Below are positions 48,326-58,460 of a stretch of 64,000 bases of DNA, in pieces (position 1 is the stretch's first letter; each line of letters begins with the position of its first letter). Source of the DNA: Pseudomonadota bacterium (GTDB lineage: Bacteria > Pseudomonadota > Alphaproteobacteria > Rhodobacterales > Rhodobacteraceae); contig JAIUPD010000001.1 in assembly GCA_020161615.1 (NCBI GenBank), forward strand, positions 450,875 through 514,874. Reading direction: 5' to 3'. A program made the translations under genes and the position numbers. Below the pieces are notes generated by a model. It ran no database searches. It was not told the DNA's origin and saw only the letters and a program-made list of their open reading frames with translations.

Positions 48326-49150
48326 TCACTCGCCCTTGCGGCCGGTCACCACGTCGATATCGGGCGCGTCCACCGCCTTCATGCCGACGACATGATAGCC
48401 CGCGTCCACATGCAGTACCTCGCCCGTGGTGCCCGAGCCCAGATCCGACAGCAAATAGAGCGCGGCCTTGCCGACCTCTTCCTGCGTGATGTTGCGGCGC
48501 AGCGGCGAGTTCAACTCGTTCCACTTCATGATATACCGGAAATCGCCGATGCCCGAGGCCGCCAGCGTCTTGATCGGCCCCGCCGAGATGGCGTTGCAGC
48601 GGATGCCGTCCTTGCCCAGATCCTCGGCGATATACATGACCGAGGCTTCCAGTGCCGCCTTGGCGATGCCCATGACGTTGTAATGGGGCATGACCTGTTC
48701 GGCGCCGTAATAGGTCAGCGTCAGCAGCGAGCCGCCCTTCGGCATCATCGCCGCGGCGCGTTTGGCGACGGCGGTGAAGGAATAGACGGAAATATCCATC
48801 GTCATCAGGAAGTTCGCGTGGCTGGTATCGACATAGCGGCCGCGCAGCTCGTTCTTGTCGGAAAAGCCGATGGCATGGACCACAAAGTCGATCTCGGGCC
48901 ATTCCGCCTGCAGCGCGGCGAACATCCGATCGACCGATTCCATGCTGGCGACGTCGCATTCGAACAGCCGTGGCACGCCCAATTGTTCGGCCAGCGGCAC
49001 GACGCGCTTCTTCAGCGCCTCGCCCTGATAGCTGAAGGCCAGTTCCGCACCCTGCGACGCCAGCGCCTGAGCGATGCCCCAGGCGATGGATTTGTCGTTG
49101 GCGAGGCCCATGATAAGGCCTTTCTTGCCCGCCATAAGTCCTGCTGACAT
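48326..49150 (-). CDS. fabI: enoyl-[acyl-carrier-protein] reductase (NADH), FabI
   Basis: GKKGLIMGLANDKSIAWGIA, and a catalytic Tyr/Lys region YNVMGIAKAALEASV. The start could be a few codons downstream. Confidence 0.9.
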   Translation of the reverse strand: MSAGLMAGKKGLIMGLANDKSIAWGIAQALASQGAELAFSYQGEALKKRVVPLAEQLGVPRLFECDVASMESVDRMFAALQAEWPEIDFVVHAIGFSDKNELRGRYVDTSHANFLMTMDISVYSFTAVAKRAAAMMPKGGSLLTLTYYGAEQVMPHYNVMGIAKAALEASVMYIAEDLGKDGIRCNAISAGPIKTLAASGIGDFRYIMKWNELNSPLRRNITQEEVGKAALYLLSDLGSGTTGEVLHVDAGYHVVGMKAVDAPDIDVVTGRKGE

Positions 49151-49292
49151 CGCGCTCTCCGGCTCCTGAGTTTACGTAGGGGCCAGCTTTAGGCCAAAGC
49201 CCCTGACGCATCAAGGGCGCGCAGGACTTGCAGCGAGGCCGGGTTTGCTGCGAGTGTCTGCCCCGCGATCCGCCAGCAAGGAAGGCCCGGCC

Positions 49293-49931
49293 ATGAGCGA
49301 CGACCACGACGACAGCATCCGCACCGGTATCTTCGCGGGCGAGGATCCCTTCGTCATCGCCCGCCGCTGGCTGGCCGAGGCCGAGGCGAGCGAACCCAAC
49401 GATCCCAATGCGATAGCCCTGGCAACCGTCGATTCCGAGGGGCTGCCCAATGTCCGCATGGTGCTGCTGAAGGAAATCGAGAGCCAGGGCAACGGCGAGG
49501 GCGCCTTCGTCTTCTACACGAACTATGGCAGCCGCAAGGGGCAGGAGATCGGGCAGTCCGGCAAGGCGGCCTTCGTCATGCACTGGAAGTCCCTGCGCCG
49601 ACAGATTCGCGTCCGGGGCACCGTAACGCGCGAGGAGGGGCCGCAGGCCGACGCCTATTACGCCAGCCGCTCGCTGCAATCGCGGCTCGGCGCCTGGGCC
49701 AGCAAGCAGTCGCAGCCGCTCGAGTCGCGCGGCACGCTGATGGCCGAGGTCGCGAAGATGAGCCTCAAATTCGGCATGAACCCGCCGAGACCTGAATTCT
49801 GGGGTGGATTTCGTCTGCGTCCGACCGAAATTGAGTTCTGGGCAGACGGCGCCTTCCGGTTGCATGACCGGTTCCGCTTTACACGCAGTCAGGGAACGGG
49901 ACGATGGACCAATATCCGGCTGAATCCATGA
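49293..49931 (+). CDS. pdxH: pyridoxamine 5'-phosphate oxidase
   Basis: [36 protein letters not shown] and the [14 protein letters not shown]-terminal signature. Confidence 0.9.
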   Translation: MSDDHDDSIRTGIFAGEDPFVIARRWLAEAEASEPNDPNAIALATVDSEGLPNVRMVLLKEIESQGNGEGAFVFYTNYGSRKGQEIGQSGKAAFVMHWKSLRRQIRVRGTVTREEGPQADAYYASRSLQSRLGAWASKQSQPLESRGTLMAEVAKMSLKFGMNPPRPEFWGGFRLRPTEIEFWADGAFRLHDRFRFTRSQGTGRWTNIRLNP

Positions 49932-49959
49932 AATTCACGCTTCGCGAAACGCCTTCCCC

Positions 49960-50541
49960 TTGCACTCGCTGCAAAATGCGAAGATGCTGACCGCGGTTGG
50001 GACTTCTATGGTTGGGAATACGATGGTCGAGGTTGAGCGGGGTCTCCCGCGCGTCCGGGGCAGCGTCAAATGGTTCGATCCTGCGAAAGGGTTCGGATTT
50101 ATCGTTGCCGAGTCAGGTGGGCCGGATATTCTGCTGCATGTGAATGCGCTGCGGAATTTCGGGCAGAGTTCGGTCTGTGACCGCGCGGGAATCGTGGTCA
50201 GTGTGCAGCAGACGCAACGCGGGCTGCAAGCGGTCGAGGTTTTCGAGGTGTCGCCGCCGGCCGATGGTGAGGTCGAGGTGCCCGAGCTCGACCCGGCGGA
50301 AGAGATGCTGCCGCTGGAACCCGCACGGGTGAAATGGTTCGACAAGGTCAAGGGCTTCGGCTTTGCCAATGTCTTCGGCCGTCCCGAAGATGTGTTCATT
50401 CACATGGAAGTGCTGCGCAAATCGGGCTTCGCCGAGTTACAACCCGGTGAAGCCGTGGGTCTGCGCATCGTCGAGGGCGAGCGGGGCCGCATGGCGGTAT
50501 CCATCTCGTCGTGGGAAACGGCGTTGCACAAGAAGGGGTGA
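49960..50541 (+). CDS. cold-shock domain protein with two tandem CSDs
   Basis: Two copies of VKWFDxxKGFGF (RNP1-like). The start is uncertain: ATGs at 49960, 49984, 50008 and 50023 are all in frame. Confidence 0.8.
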   Translation: MHSLQNAKMLTAVGTSMVGNTMVEVERGLPRVRGSVKWFDPAKGFGFIVAESGGPDILLHVNALRNFGQSSVCDRAGIVVSVQQTQRGLQAVEVFEVSPPADGEVEVPELDPAEEMLPLEPARVKWFDKVKGFGFANVFGRPEDVFIHMEVLRKSGFAELQPGEAVGLRIVEGERGRMAVSISSWETALHKKG

Positions 50542-50547
50542 GGGCGC

Positions 50548-51030
50548 ATGCGTGAGGGGTTGGCCGGCGGCGTGCTGGCGGGGGTGATGGCCATGACGAT
50601 GGCGGTTCCGGCGCTGGCGTCGGACTGCCGCGAGGACCGGGTCCAGCTGCGTAGCGCGCAGGGGACCGCCGCCTTTACCGTCGACATCGCCGATACCGAC
50701 GCCGAGCGCGCGCAGGGGCTGATGCATGTCGCCTCGATGCCGCGCTTCAGCGGCATGCTCTTCGTCTTCGACCGGCCGCAGCGCGCGGTCTTCTGGATGG
50801 AGAACACGCTGATCCCTCTCGACATGCTGTTCATCGACGAACGGGGCGTGGTCCAGAGCGTGCATGAGAATGCCGTGCCGATGGACCGCACCCCGATCGA
50901 CGGCGGCGAGGGCATCGCTTTCGTGCTGGAGATCAACGGCGGCATGGCCTCGCGCCTGCAGCTGGCCCCGGGGGCCGAGCTGCGCCATCCGGCCGTCGCG
51001 CAGGATCTTGCCGCCTGGCCCTGCGACTGA
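50548..51030 (+). CDS. DUF192 domain protein (secreted)
   Basis: Signal-like N-terminus, and GLMHV...GMLFVF...FWMENTLIPLDMLFID...VLEINGG, which matches my recollection of DUF192. Confidence 0.7.
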   Translation: MREGLAGGVLAGVMAMTMAVPALASDCREDRVQLRSAQGTAAFTVDIADTDAERAQGLMHVASMPRFSGMLFVFDRPQRAVFWMENTLIPLDMLFIDERGVVQSVHENAVPMDRTPIDGGEGIAFVLEINGGMASRLQLAPGAELRHPAVAQDLAAWPCD

Positions 51031-51081
51031 CCCTTTCCACTTCGCGCGCACTGGTCTAAGAGGCCGGTGACGAGGGATCAT

Positions 51082-51158
51082 CGGGGCGTGGCGCAGTCTG
51101 GTAGCGCGACGGTTTTGGGTACCGTAGGTCGTAGGTTCGAATCCTATCGCCCCGACCA
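51082..51158 (+). tRNA. tRNA-Pro (anticodon UGG), CCA encoded
   Basis: Folded by hand. Acceptor CGGGGCG/CGCCCCG, D-arm GCGC-AGTCTGGTA-GCGC, anticodon arm ACGGT-TTTGGGT-ACCGT (anticodon TGG), T-arm GTAGG-TTCGAAT-CCTAT, discriminator A, CCA. Confidence 0.9.
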
Positions 51159-51441
51159 TCCCGAGGTGCGGAACCGGCCCCAGGGGCAGGCGTGCGCCTG
51201 GCGCGCGACAGCGCAGCAAAATCACCCGCATGCTAGGGGTTCACCCGGATCGACGGCCCGGTGTCGGCTTCCTGGTAGCCTCGGGCAGGGTCCCGCTGAC
51301 GGGCAACCCGAAAGAATTACTTTCCTGTCCTGCCGAAAACTTCATTTTCGGCGCGCCGGTTTCTTGTCACACTTTCCGGGTGGATACCCGCCTGACGCTC
51401 TGCCGGTGGCGTGCGGCGGCTCTTGCCCGGAAGGCTGCGCC

Positions 51442-53532
51442 ATGACCTCTTCCATTCGCCTCGGGGCCGATATCGGCGGCACCTTTACCGATATCGCGCT
51501 TGAGTACCGGGGCGAGATCCACTCGACCAAGGTGCTGACCAGCTACGCCGCGCCCGAACAGGCGATTCTCGACGGGATCGACATCGTGCTGGCGCAGACC
51601 GGCATCGGCTACGGCGATCTGGAGATCGTGATCCACGGCACGACGCTGGCCACCAACGCCCTGATCGAGCGGCGGGGGGCGAGGACCGCTTTCGTCACGA
51701 CCGAGGGCTTTCGCGACGTGATCGAGATGCGGACGGAAAGCCGCTTCGATCAATACGATCTGGCGATCGAATTGCCCAAACCCCTGGTCCCGCGCGAGGA
51801 TCGCTTTCCCGTTGCCGGCCGGATCGGGGCCCAGGGGCAGGAACTGGCACCGCTGGACGAGGCGGCGCTGGCCGAGATCGCCGAGCGCATTGCCAGCGGC
51901 GGCTACGGCGCCGTGGCCATCGGTTTCATCCATTCCTACCTTAACCCCGCGCATGAGCGGCGGGCGCGCGCGATCATCGCCGCGCGCTGCGACCTGCCGA
52001 TCTCGATTTCCAGCGAGGTCTCGCCCCAGATGCGCGAGTTCGAACGCTTCAACACCGTCTGCGCCAATGCCTATGTCCGGCCGCAGATGGCCAGCTATCT
52101 GGAGCGCTTGCAGGTCCGGCTGAAGGAGAAGGGCGCGACCTGCCCGGTCTTCATGATCCATTCGGGCGGGGGCCTCGTCTCGGTGGAAACGGCGGCGGAA
52201 TTTCCGGTGCGTCTGGTCGAATCCGGCCCGGCGGGGGGCGCGATCTTCGCCGCCGACGTGGCGCGGCGCTTCGGGCTGGAGAAGGTGGTCAGCTACGACA
52301 TGGGCGGCACCACCGCCAAGATCTGCCTGATCGAGGATTTCGCGCCCAAGACCGCGCGCAGTTTCGAGGTGGCGCGCACCACGCGCTTCGCCAAGGGCTC
52401 GGGCATGCCGGTGTCGATCCCGGTGATCGAGATGATCGAGATCGGCGCGGGCGGCGGCTCGCTGGCCTGGGTCGATGCCATGGGCCGCATCCAGACCGGC
52501 CCCGAGAGCGCGGGGTCCGAACCCGGGCCCGCCTGCTACCAGCGGGGCGGGGAGCGGCCGGCGATCACCGATGCCGATCTGCTGCTGGGCAAACTCGACC
52601 CCGAGAATTTCGCGGGCGGCGCGATCCGGCTCTCTCGGCCCCTGGCCGAGGCCGCGGTTCTCGGCGCGGTGGGCGACCGGCTGGGCCTTGACGCCGGGGC
52701 CGCGGCCTTCGGCATCGGCGAGGTGGTGGACGAAAACATGGCCAATGCCGCCCGGGTCCATGCCGTCGAGAACGGCAAGACCATCTCGGACAATGTGATG
52801 GTGGCCTTCGGCGGCGCCGCGCCCCTTCATGCCGCGCGGCTCTGCGAGAAGCTGGGTATTGGGGAATGCCTGATCCCGCCGGGTGCGGGTGTGGGCTCGG
52901 CCATCGGTTTCCTGAAGGCGCCCTTTGGCTATGAGGCGCTGGCCTCGCGCATCATCGGCCTCAGCGGCTTTGACGCGGCGCAGGTCAACGTCCTGATCGC
53001 AGAACTCAAAACCACCGCCGAAGGCTTCGTGCGCCAGGGCACCGAAGGGGCGATCCTGACCGAGATCACCGCCTTCATGCGCTACCGCGGCCAGGGCTGG
53101 GAGATCCCGGTGCCACTGCCCGACCGACCCTTCACCGATGCCGACGCCGCCCTGATCGGTGCCGCCTTCCGCGAGGCCTATGCGCGGTTCTTCGGCCGGG
53201 CCATCGACGGGCTCTCGGGGCTGGAGGTCGAGATCGTCACCCTGTCGGTCAAGGCGATGGACGAGCGCCCCGCACCGAGACCGGTCACGCTGACCCGCGG
53301 TGACCGGGTTCACAGGCCCCGCGTCTGGCGCGCGGTCTTCGACCCGGCCACGGCGCGCGCCCTCGACACCGCCATCGTCGCCCGCGCCGACCTCTCCCCC
53401 GGCGAGCGTGTCAGCGGCCCCGCCGTCATCACCGAACGCGAGACCTCGACCGTCGTCACCTCGGCCTTCGATACCGTCATGCAGCCCGACGGCTCGCTGC
53501 TCCTCCTGCGCAAGGACCGGACCCATGAGTGA
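51442..53532 (+). CDS. hydantoinase/oxoprolinase family protein, A (beta) subunit
   Basis: LGADIGGTFTD N-terminus, a second DMGGTTAK ATPase motif, and ~696 aa. Confidence 0.85.
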   Translation: MTSSIRLGADIGGTFTDIALEYRGEIHSTKVLTSYAAPEQAILDGIDIVLAQTGIGYGDLEIVIHGTTLATNALIERRGARTAFVTTEGFRDVIEMRTESRFDQYDLAIELPKPLVPREDRFPVAGRIGAQGQELAPLDEAALAEIAERIASGGYGAVAIGFIHSYLNPAHERRARAIIAARCDLPISISSEVSPQMREFERFNTVCANAYVRPQMASYLERLQVRLKEKGATCPVFMIHSGGGLVSVETAAEFPVRLVESGPAGGAIFAADVARRFGLEKVVSYDMGGTTAKICLIEDFAPKTARSFEVARTTRFAKGSGMPVSIPVIEMIEIGAGGGSLAWVDAMGRIQTGPESAGSEPGPACYQRGGERPAITDADLLLGKLDPENFAGGAIRLSRPLAEAAVLGAVGDRLGLDAGAAAFGIGEVVDENMANAARVHAVENGKTISDNVMVAFGGAAPLHAARLCEKLGIGECLIPPGAGVGSAIGFLKAPFGYEALASRIIGLSGFDAAQVNVLIAELKTTAEGFVRQGTEGAILTEITAFMRYRGQGWEIPVPLPDRPFTDADAALIGAAFREAYARFFGRAIDGLSGLEVEIVTLSVKAMDERPAPRPVTLTRGDRVHRPRVWRAVFDPATARALDTAIVARADLSPGERVSGPAVITERETSTVVTSAFDTVMQPDGSLLLLRKDRTHE

Positions 53533-55147
53533 CCAGACCCGCGAAATCCGGTTTCAGGTCATGTGGAACCGCCTGATATCCGTGGTCGAGGAACAGGCCA
53601 TGACCCTGCTGCGCACCGCCTTTTCCACCTCGGTGCGCGAGGCCGGGGACCTCTCTGCCGGGGTCTTCGATCCGCAAGGCCGGATGCTGGCGCAGGCGGT
53701 GACCGGGACCCCCGGCCACGTCAACACGATGGCCGAGGCGGTCCTGCATTTCGCCCGGGAAATCGGCTATGACGACATGTACCCGGGCGACACCTATGTC
53801 ACCAACGACCCCTGGAAGGGGACCGGGCATCTGCACGACATCACCATGGTCTCGCCCAGCTTCAAGGGCGACCGGCTGGTCGGCTTCTTCGCCTGCACGG
53901 CGCATGTGGTCGATGTCGGCGGGCGGGGTTTCGGGGCCGACGCCAAGACCGTCTACGAAGAAGGGATCCAGATCCCGATCATGAAATTCGCCGAGCGCGG
54001 CGTGGTGAACAAGGATCTGGTGCGGATGCTCAGGGCCAATGTGCGCGAGCCCAATCAGGTGGTGGGTGATTTCTACTCGCTCGCCGCCTGCAACGATGTC
54101 GGCCACCGCCGCCTCATCGCCATGATGGAGGAAATCGGCCTCGAGACGCTCGACGACCTCGGTGCCTTCATCTTCGAGCGTACCCGTAGCGTCACCCTTG
54201 AGCGCATCGCCGCGCTGCCCGAGGGGGCCTGGTCCAACACGCTGGTCACGGATGGCTATGACCAGCCGGTCACGCTGAAAGCCACGCTCGAGACGCGGGG
54301 CGATACGGTGAACGTCGATTTCACCGGCACCGATGCGCCCAGCCGCTGGGGCATCAACGTGCCGATCATCTACACCAAGGCTTATGCCTGCTACGCGATG
54401 AAATGCGTGATCGCGCCGGACATTCCGAACAACTGGGCCTCGCTTGCGCCCTTCACCATCTCGTCCCCGGTCAATATCCTGAACGCCGAACGCCCGGCGC
54501 CGGTCAGCCTCAGGCATGTCTTCGGCCATTTGGTGCCGGATCTGGTGCTGGGCGCGCTGGCGCAGGCCTTGCCGGGCAAGATCCTGGCAGAAGGGGCGGG
54601 GGCCTTGTGGAACATCCACATGTCGGTGCGCCCGGCGGCGGGGCAGACGGGCCAGCGGGCCGAGATCCTCATGTTCAACTCGGGCGGCATGGGCGCGCGG
54701 CCGGGACTCGACGGGCTTGCTGCTACCGCCTTCCCCTCGGGCGTGATGACCATGCCGATCGAGGCCACGGAACACACCGGCCCCATCGTCATCTGGCGCA
54801 AGGAGTTGCGGCCGGATTCCGGCGGCGACGGCGAATTCCGGGGCGGGCTGGGCCAGATCATCGAGATCGAACCGGCGCCGGGCCATGAATTCGACTTCTC
54901 GGCCATGTTCGACCGGATCTACAACGCACCGCGCGGGCGCGACGGCGGGCAGGACGGCGCGCCCGGGTCGGCCCGGCTGGACGATGGCACGGTGCTGAAA
55001 CCGAAGGGTTGGCAGCATGTGCCCGCCGGGCGCCGGCTGGTGCTGGAACTGCCCGGCGGCGGCGGCTATGGCGATCCGGCCCGGCGCCCGGCCGAGGCAC
55101 GGGACAACGACCTGTCCAAGGGCTATGTCACGAAGGGGCGGAAATGA
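53525..55147 (+). CDS. hydantoinase B/oxoprolinase family protein
   Basis: The pattern WNRLISVVEEQAMTLLRTAFS, DLSAGVFD and TNDPWKGTGHLHDI. It overlaps the A subunit by 8 nt. Confidence 0.85.
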   Translation: MSDQTREIRFQVMWNRLISVVEEQAMTLLRTAFSTSVREAGDLSAGVFDPQGRMLAQAVTGTPGHVNTMAEAVLHFAREIGYDDMYPGDTYVTNDPWKGTGHLHDITMVSPSFKGDRLVGFFACTAHVVDVGGRGFGADAKTVYEEGIQIPIMKFAERGVVNKDLVRMLRANVREPNQVVGDFYSLAACNDVGHRRLIAMMEEIGLETLDDLGAFIFERTRSVTLERIAALPEGAWSNTLVTDGYDQPVTLKATLETRGDTVNVDFTGTDAPSRWGINVPIIYTKAYACYAMKCVIAPDIPNNWASLAPFTISSPVNILNAERPAPVSLRHVFGHLVPDLVLGALAQALPGKILAEGAGALWNIHMSVRPAAGQTGQRAEILMFNSGGMGARPGLDGLAATAFPSGVMTMPIEATEHTGPIVIWRKELRPDSGGDGEFRGGLGQIIEIEPAPGHEFDFSAMFDRIYNAPRGRDGGQDGAPGSARLDDGTVLKPKGWQHVPAGRRLVLELPGGGGYGDPARRPAEARDNDLSKGYVTKGRK

Positions 55148-56352
55148 GCCATCTCGCGAGCCGTCTGGCGGCAGTGAAACCTTCGGCCTCGATGGCGGCC
55201 TCGCTGGCCGCCAAGGCGCTGCGGGCCAGGGGCGTCGATGTGATCGACCTCGGCCTCGGCGAGCCCGATTTTCCCACGCCGCGCCATATCATCGACGCCG
55301 CCCATGAGGCCGCGCTCCGGGGCGAGACGCTCTATACCGCCGCCGGGGGCTCCCCCGAATTGCGGCAGGCGGTGGCCGGGAAGTTCCGGCGCGAGAACGG
55401 GCTCGATTACAGCGCCGACGAGATTGCCGTGGCCAATGGCGCCAAGCAGATCATCTTCAACGCGCTGATGGCGACGCTGAACGAGGGGGATGAGGCCGTG
55501 CTGCCCGCGCCCTATTTCGTCAGCTACCCCGAGATGGTGAAGCTCTTGGGCGGCGTTCCGGTTACGCCGGTCTGCGGCGCGGACTCCGGCTTTCGCCTGA
55601 CGCCGGAGGCGCTGGAGGCGGCGATCACCCCCCGCACGAAATGGCTCTTTCTCAACACGCCCGGCAACCCTTCGGGTGCGGTCTATGGACCCGAGGATCT
55701 ACGGGCGCTGGGCGCGGTGCTGGCCCGCCATCCGCAGGTGCTGATCCTGTCCGATGAGATCTACGAGCATATTCTGTTCGATGGGCGCGCCTTCACCAGC
55801 TTCGGCCAGGCCTGCCCCGAATTGCGCGACCGGACCCTCGTCGTCAACGGCGTGGCCAAGGCCTATGCCATGACCGGCTGGCGCGTGGGCTATGCGGCAG
55901 GGCCGGCTGCGCTGATCACGGCGATGAACACCGTGCAGAGCCAGTCCTGCACCTCGGTCGCGGCGCCGATGCAGGCGGCGGCGCTGGCGGCGCTGACCGG
56001 CCCGCAGGATTGCGTGGCCGCGTTCCGCGCGGCTTTCGAGCGTCGGCGCGATCTGGTGGTGGCGGCCGTGGCCGCCATCCCCGGCCTGACCCTGCCGCCG
56101 CCCGAGGGTGCCTTCTACGCCTATATCGGCTGCGCCGGCCTGATCGGCAAACGCACACCCGAGGGCGCGATCCTGACCGACGATACCGATGTCGTGGCCT
56201 ATCTGCTGAACGCGGGCCATGTCAGTTCGGTCCCCGGCGCCGCCTATGGCGTGTCGCCCTTTTTCCGCCTCTCGACCGCCACCGCCGATGCGGTGCTGGT
56301 CGAGGCGCTCTCGCGGATCGGCAAGGCCGTCGCCGCGCTGACGGAGGCCTGA
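55144..56352 (+). CDS. class I/II pyridoxal-phosphate-dependent aminotransferase (AspC-like)
   Basis: LGLGEPDFPTP, NTPGNPSG, and SDEIYEHILFD...VNGVAKAYAMTGWRVGY (PLP Lys). ATGA overlap with the upstream gene. Confidence 0.85.
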   Translation: MSHLASRLAAVKPSASMAASLAAKALRARGVDVIDLGLGEPDFPTPRHIIDAAHEAALRGETLYTAAGGSPELRQAVAGKFRRENGLDYSADEIAVANGAKQIIFNALMATLNEGDEAVLPAPYFVSYPEMVKLLGGVPVTPVCGADSGFRLTPEALEAAITPRTKWLFLNTPGNPSGAVYGPEDLRALGAVLARHPQVLILSDEIYEHILFDGRAFTSFGQACPELRDRTLVVNGVAKAYAMTGWRVGYAAGPAALITAMNTVQSQSCTSVAAPMQAAALAALTGPQDCVAAFRAAFERRRDLVVAAVAAIPGLTLPPPEGAFYAYIGCAGLIGKRTPEGAILTDDTDVVAYLLNAGHVSSVPGAAYGVSPFFRLSTATADAVLVEALSRIGKAVAALTEA

Positions 56353-56353
56353 G

Positions 56354-57172
56354 ATGACCAAACCCTATGACACGATCCTGATCACCGGCGCCGCGGGCCG
56401 CCTGGGCTCGCATCTGCGCCGGGGGCTGGTGCCGCTGGCGAAGACGCTGCGCCTGGCCGATATCGCCGATCTCGGCCCGCTCGCCCCGCATGAGGAGGCG
56501 CAGGTCTTCGATCTGGCCGACCAGGCGGCGGTGATGGCAGCGGTCGAGGGGGTCGATGCCATCGTCCATTTTGGCGGCGCACCGCTGGAACGGCCTTGGC
56601 AGGAGGTACTCGATTCCAACATCCGCGGCAGTTACCATATCTACGAGGCCGCCCGGAAACACGGCGTCAAGCGCGTCGTCTATGCCTCGTCGGTGCATGC
56701 GATCGGCTATCACGCCCTGACCGACCACATCGACGCGAATGCGCCCCACCGCCCCGACAGCCTCTATGGCCTGTCGAAATGCTTCGTCGAGGATCTGGGC
56801 CGCCTCTATTGGGACAAGTTCGGCATCGAGAGCGTGATGCTGCGCATCTTCTCGTCCTTTCCCGAACCCGCCGACCGCCGCATGCTCTGGTCCTGGCTGT
56901 CGTTCGAAGATTGCATCCGCCTTACCAGCGCCGCCCTGACCGCGCCCAGCGTCGGCTTCACCATCTCCTTCGGCATGTCCGACAACAGGGTCAAGCCCGT
57001 GGACAACCGGTTGGCCGGCCATCTGGGCTATCAGCCGCAGGACAATACCGAAACCTTCCGCGCGGGGCTGGAGGCGCGGCTGCCTCGCCCGGAGGGCTCC
57101 GCCCCCGCCGTGCAATGCCTGGGCGGCTGGTTCGTGGATCTTGGCCATCCTGACGATGAGGCGCAGAAGTGA
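56354..57172 (+). CDS. NAD-dependent epimerase/dehydratase family protein, uronate dehydrogenase (Udh)-like
   Basis: ITGAAGRLGSHL, LRLADI, IVHFGG, ASSVHAIGY, and YGLSKCFVEDLGRLYWDKFGIE...LRI. This resembles Agrobacterium/Pseudomonas Udh as I recall it. Not verified. Confidence 0.7.
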   Translation: MTKPYDTILITGAAGRLGSHLRRGLVPLAKTLRLADIADLGPLAPHEEAQVFDLADQAAVMAAVEGVDAIVHFGGAPLERPWQEVLDSNIRGSYHIYEAARKHGVKRVVYASSVHAIGYHALTDHIDANAPHRPDSLYGLSKCFVEDLGRLYWDKFGIESVMLRIFSSFPEPADRRMLWSWLSFEDCIRLTSAALTAPSVGFTISFGMSDNRVKPVDNRLAGHLGYQPQDNTETFRAGLEARLPRPEGSAPAVQCLGGWFVDLGHPDDEAQK

Positions 57173-58377
57173 AATCAGCCTATGATGTGGTGATCGTCGG
57201 CGGCGCCGTCATCGGCTCGTCCGTCGCCTATTTCCTGGCCGCGAACCCGGATTTCGCGGGCTCGATCCTGGTCGTGGAGCGTGACCCGACCTATTGCTTC
57301 GCCGCCACCTCGCTGTCGGCCGCCTCGATCCGGGTGCAATTCTCCAACCCGATCAATGTGAAGATCAGCCAGTTCGGCAGCGCCTTCATCCAGGATTTCG
57401 CCCGCACCATGCAGGTGGCGGGCGAGGCCGCGCCCGACCTCAACTTCCACAAGGGTGGCTATCTCTTCCTGGCCGCCACGCCCGAGCAGGAACAGACCCT
57501 GCGCGAAAACCATGCCGTTCAGCGCGCCTGCGGCGCGGATGTGGTGCTGTGGGAGCCGGACGCGCTGGCCGAGGCCTTTCCCCATCTCCGCGTCGGCGAT
57601 CTGCGCCTCGCCAGCTATGGCCGGTCGGGCGAAGGTTGGTTCTCCAACACCGGCCTGATGAACGGCTTCAAGGCCAAGGCGCGGGAATTGGGTGTCGATT
57701 ACGCCGCCGACGAGGTGGTCGCGATTGCCCGCAGCGGCGCCCGCGTCACCTCGGTCACGCTGAAATCGGGCCGGGTGGTCGGCGCCGGGACCGTCGTGAA
57801 CGCCTCGGGGCCACGCGCGGCGCTGACGGCGCGGATGGCGGGGCTCGACGTGCCGGTCGAGCCGCGCAAACGCACGCTCTTCGTCGTGGATTGCGCCCGA
57901 ACGCCCGAAGGCAGCGCCCGGGTCAACAACGGCCGCCTGCCGCTGATGATCGACCCGTCCGGCGTCTTCTGCCGGCCCGAGGGGCGTTATTTCCTGACCG
58001 GCTGCCCACCCGTGATGGACCCGGCCGCCGACTGGGACGATTTCGAGCCGCGCTACGAGGAATTCCAGGACGTCATCTGGCCGGCGCTGGCCGAACGCTC
58101 TCCGGCGTTCGAGGCGGTCAAGGTCGTGAACCAATGGGCCGGGCATTACGATTTCAACGTGCTGGACCACAATCTGATCGTCGGCCGCCACCCGGAAGTG
58201 ACGAATTTCATCTATGCCAACGGCTTTTCCGGTCACGGGCTGCAACAGGGTCCGGCCGCCGGGCGCGGTGTGGCGGAGCTGATCACCTATGGCGGGTTCC
58301 GCACACTGGATCTGAGCGAGGTCGGCTATGAACGGGTGCTGGAGAACCGGCCCTTCCTGGAGAAGGCGGTGATCTGA
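57169..58377 (+). CDS. FAD-dependent oxidoreductase (DAO family, sarcosine-oxidase-beta-like)
   Basis: N-terminal VVIVGGAVIGSSVAYFLA and a C-terminal NGFSGHGLQQGPA. GTGA overlap (GTG start) with the upstream gene. Confidence 0.8.
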   Translation: MKSAYDVVIVGGAVIGSSVAYFLAANPDFAGSILVVERDPTYCFAATSLSAASIRVQFSNPINVKISQFGSAFIQDFARTMQVAGEAAPDLNFHKGGYLFLAATPEQEQTLRENHAVQRACGADVVLWEPDALAEAFPHLRVGDLRLASYGRSGEGWFSNTGLMNGFKAKARELGVDYAADEVVAIARSGARVTSVTLKSGRVVGAGTVVNASGPRAALTARMAGLDVPVEPRKRTLFVVDCARTPEGSARVNNGRLPLMIDPSGVFCRPEGRYFLTGCPPVMDPAADWDDFEPRYEEFQDVIWPALAERSPAFEAVKVVNQWAGHYDFNVLDHNLIVGRHPEVTNFIYANGFSGHGLQQGPAAGRGVAELITYGGFRTLDLSEVGYERVLENRPFLEKAVI

Positions 58378-58460
58378 GGGGCGCCCGCCCTGGCCATGCG
58401 AGCCCTCCTTCCCCGGCGACGGGGGCGGAGCCCGGACCCGAGCAGAAAGGCGGAACCCCG

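Noticed and set aside
51067-51441. The upstream extension of the hydantoinase ORF (track ORF 51067-53532), and the possibility of a genomic island integrated at tRNA-Pro.
   Set aside because: The extension reads straight through the tRNA-Pro gene, and the canonical LGADIGGTFTD N-terminus begins at 51442. I saw no integrase, no direct repeat of the tRNA 3' end downstream, and no compositional break, so an integrated island is not supported.
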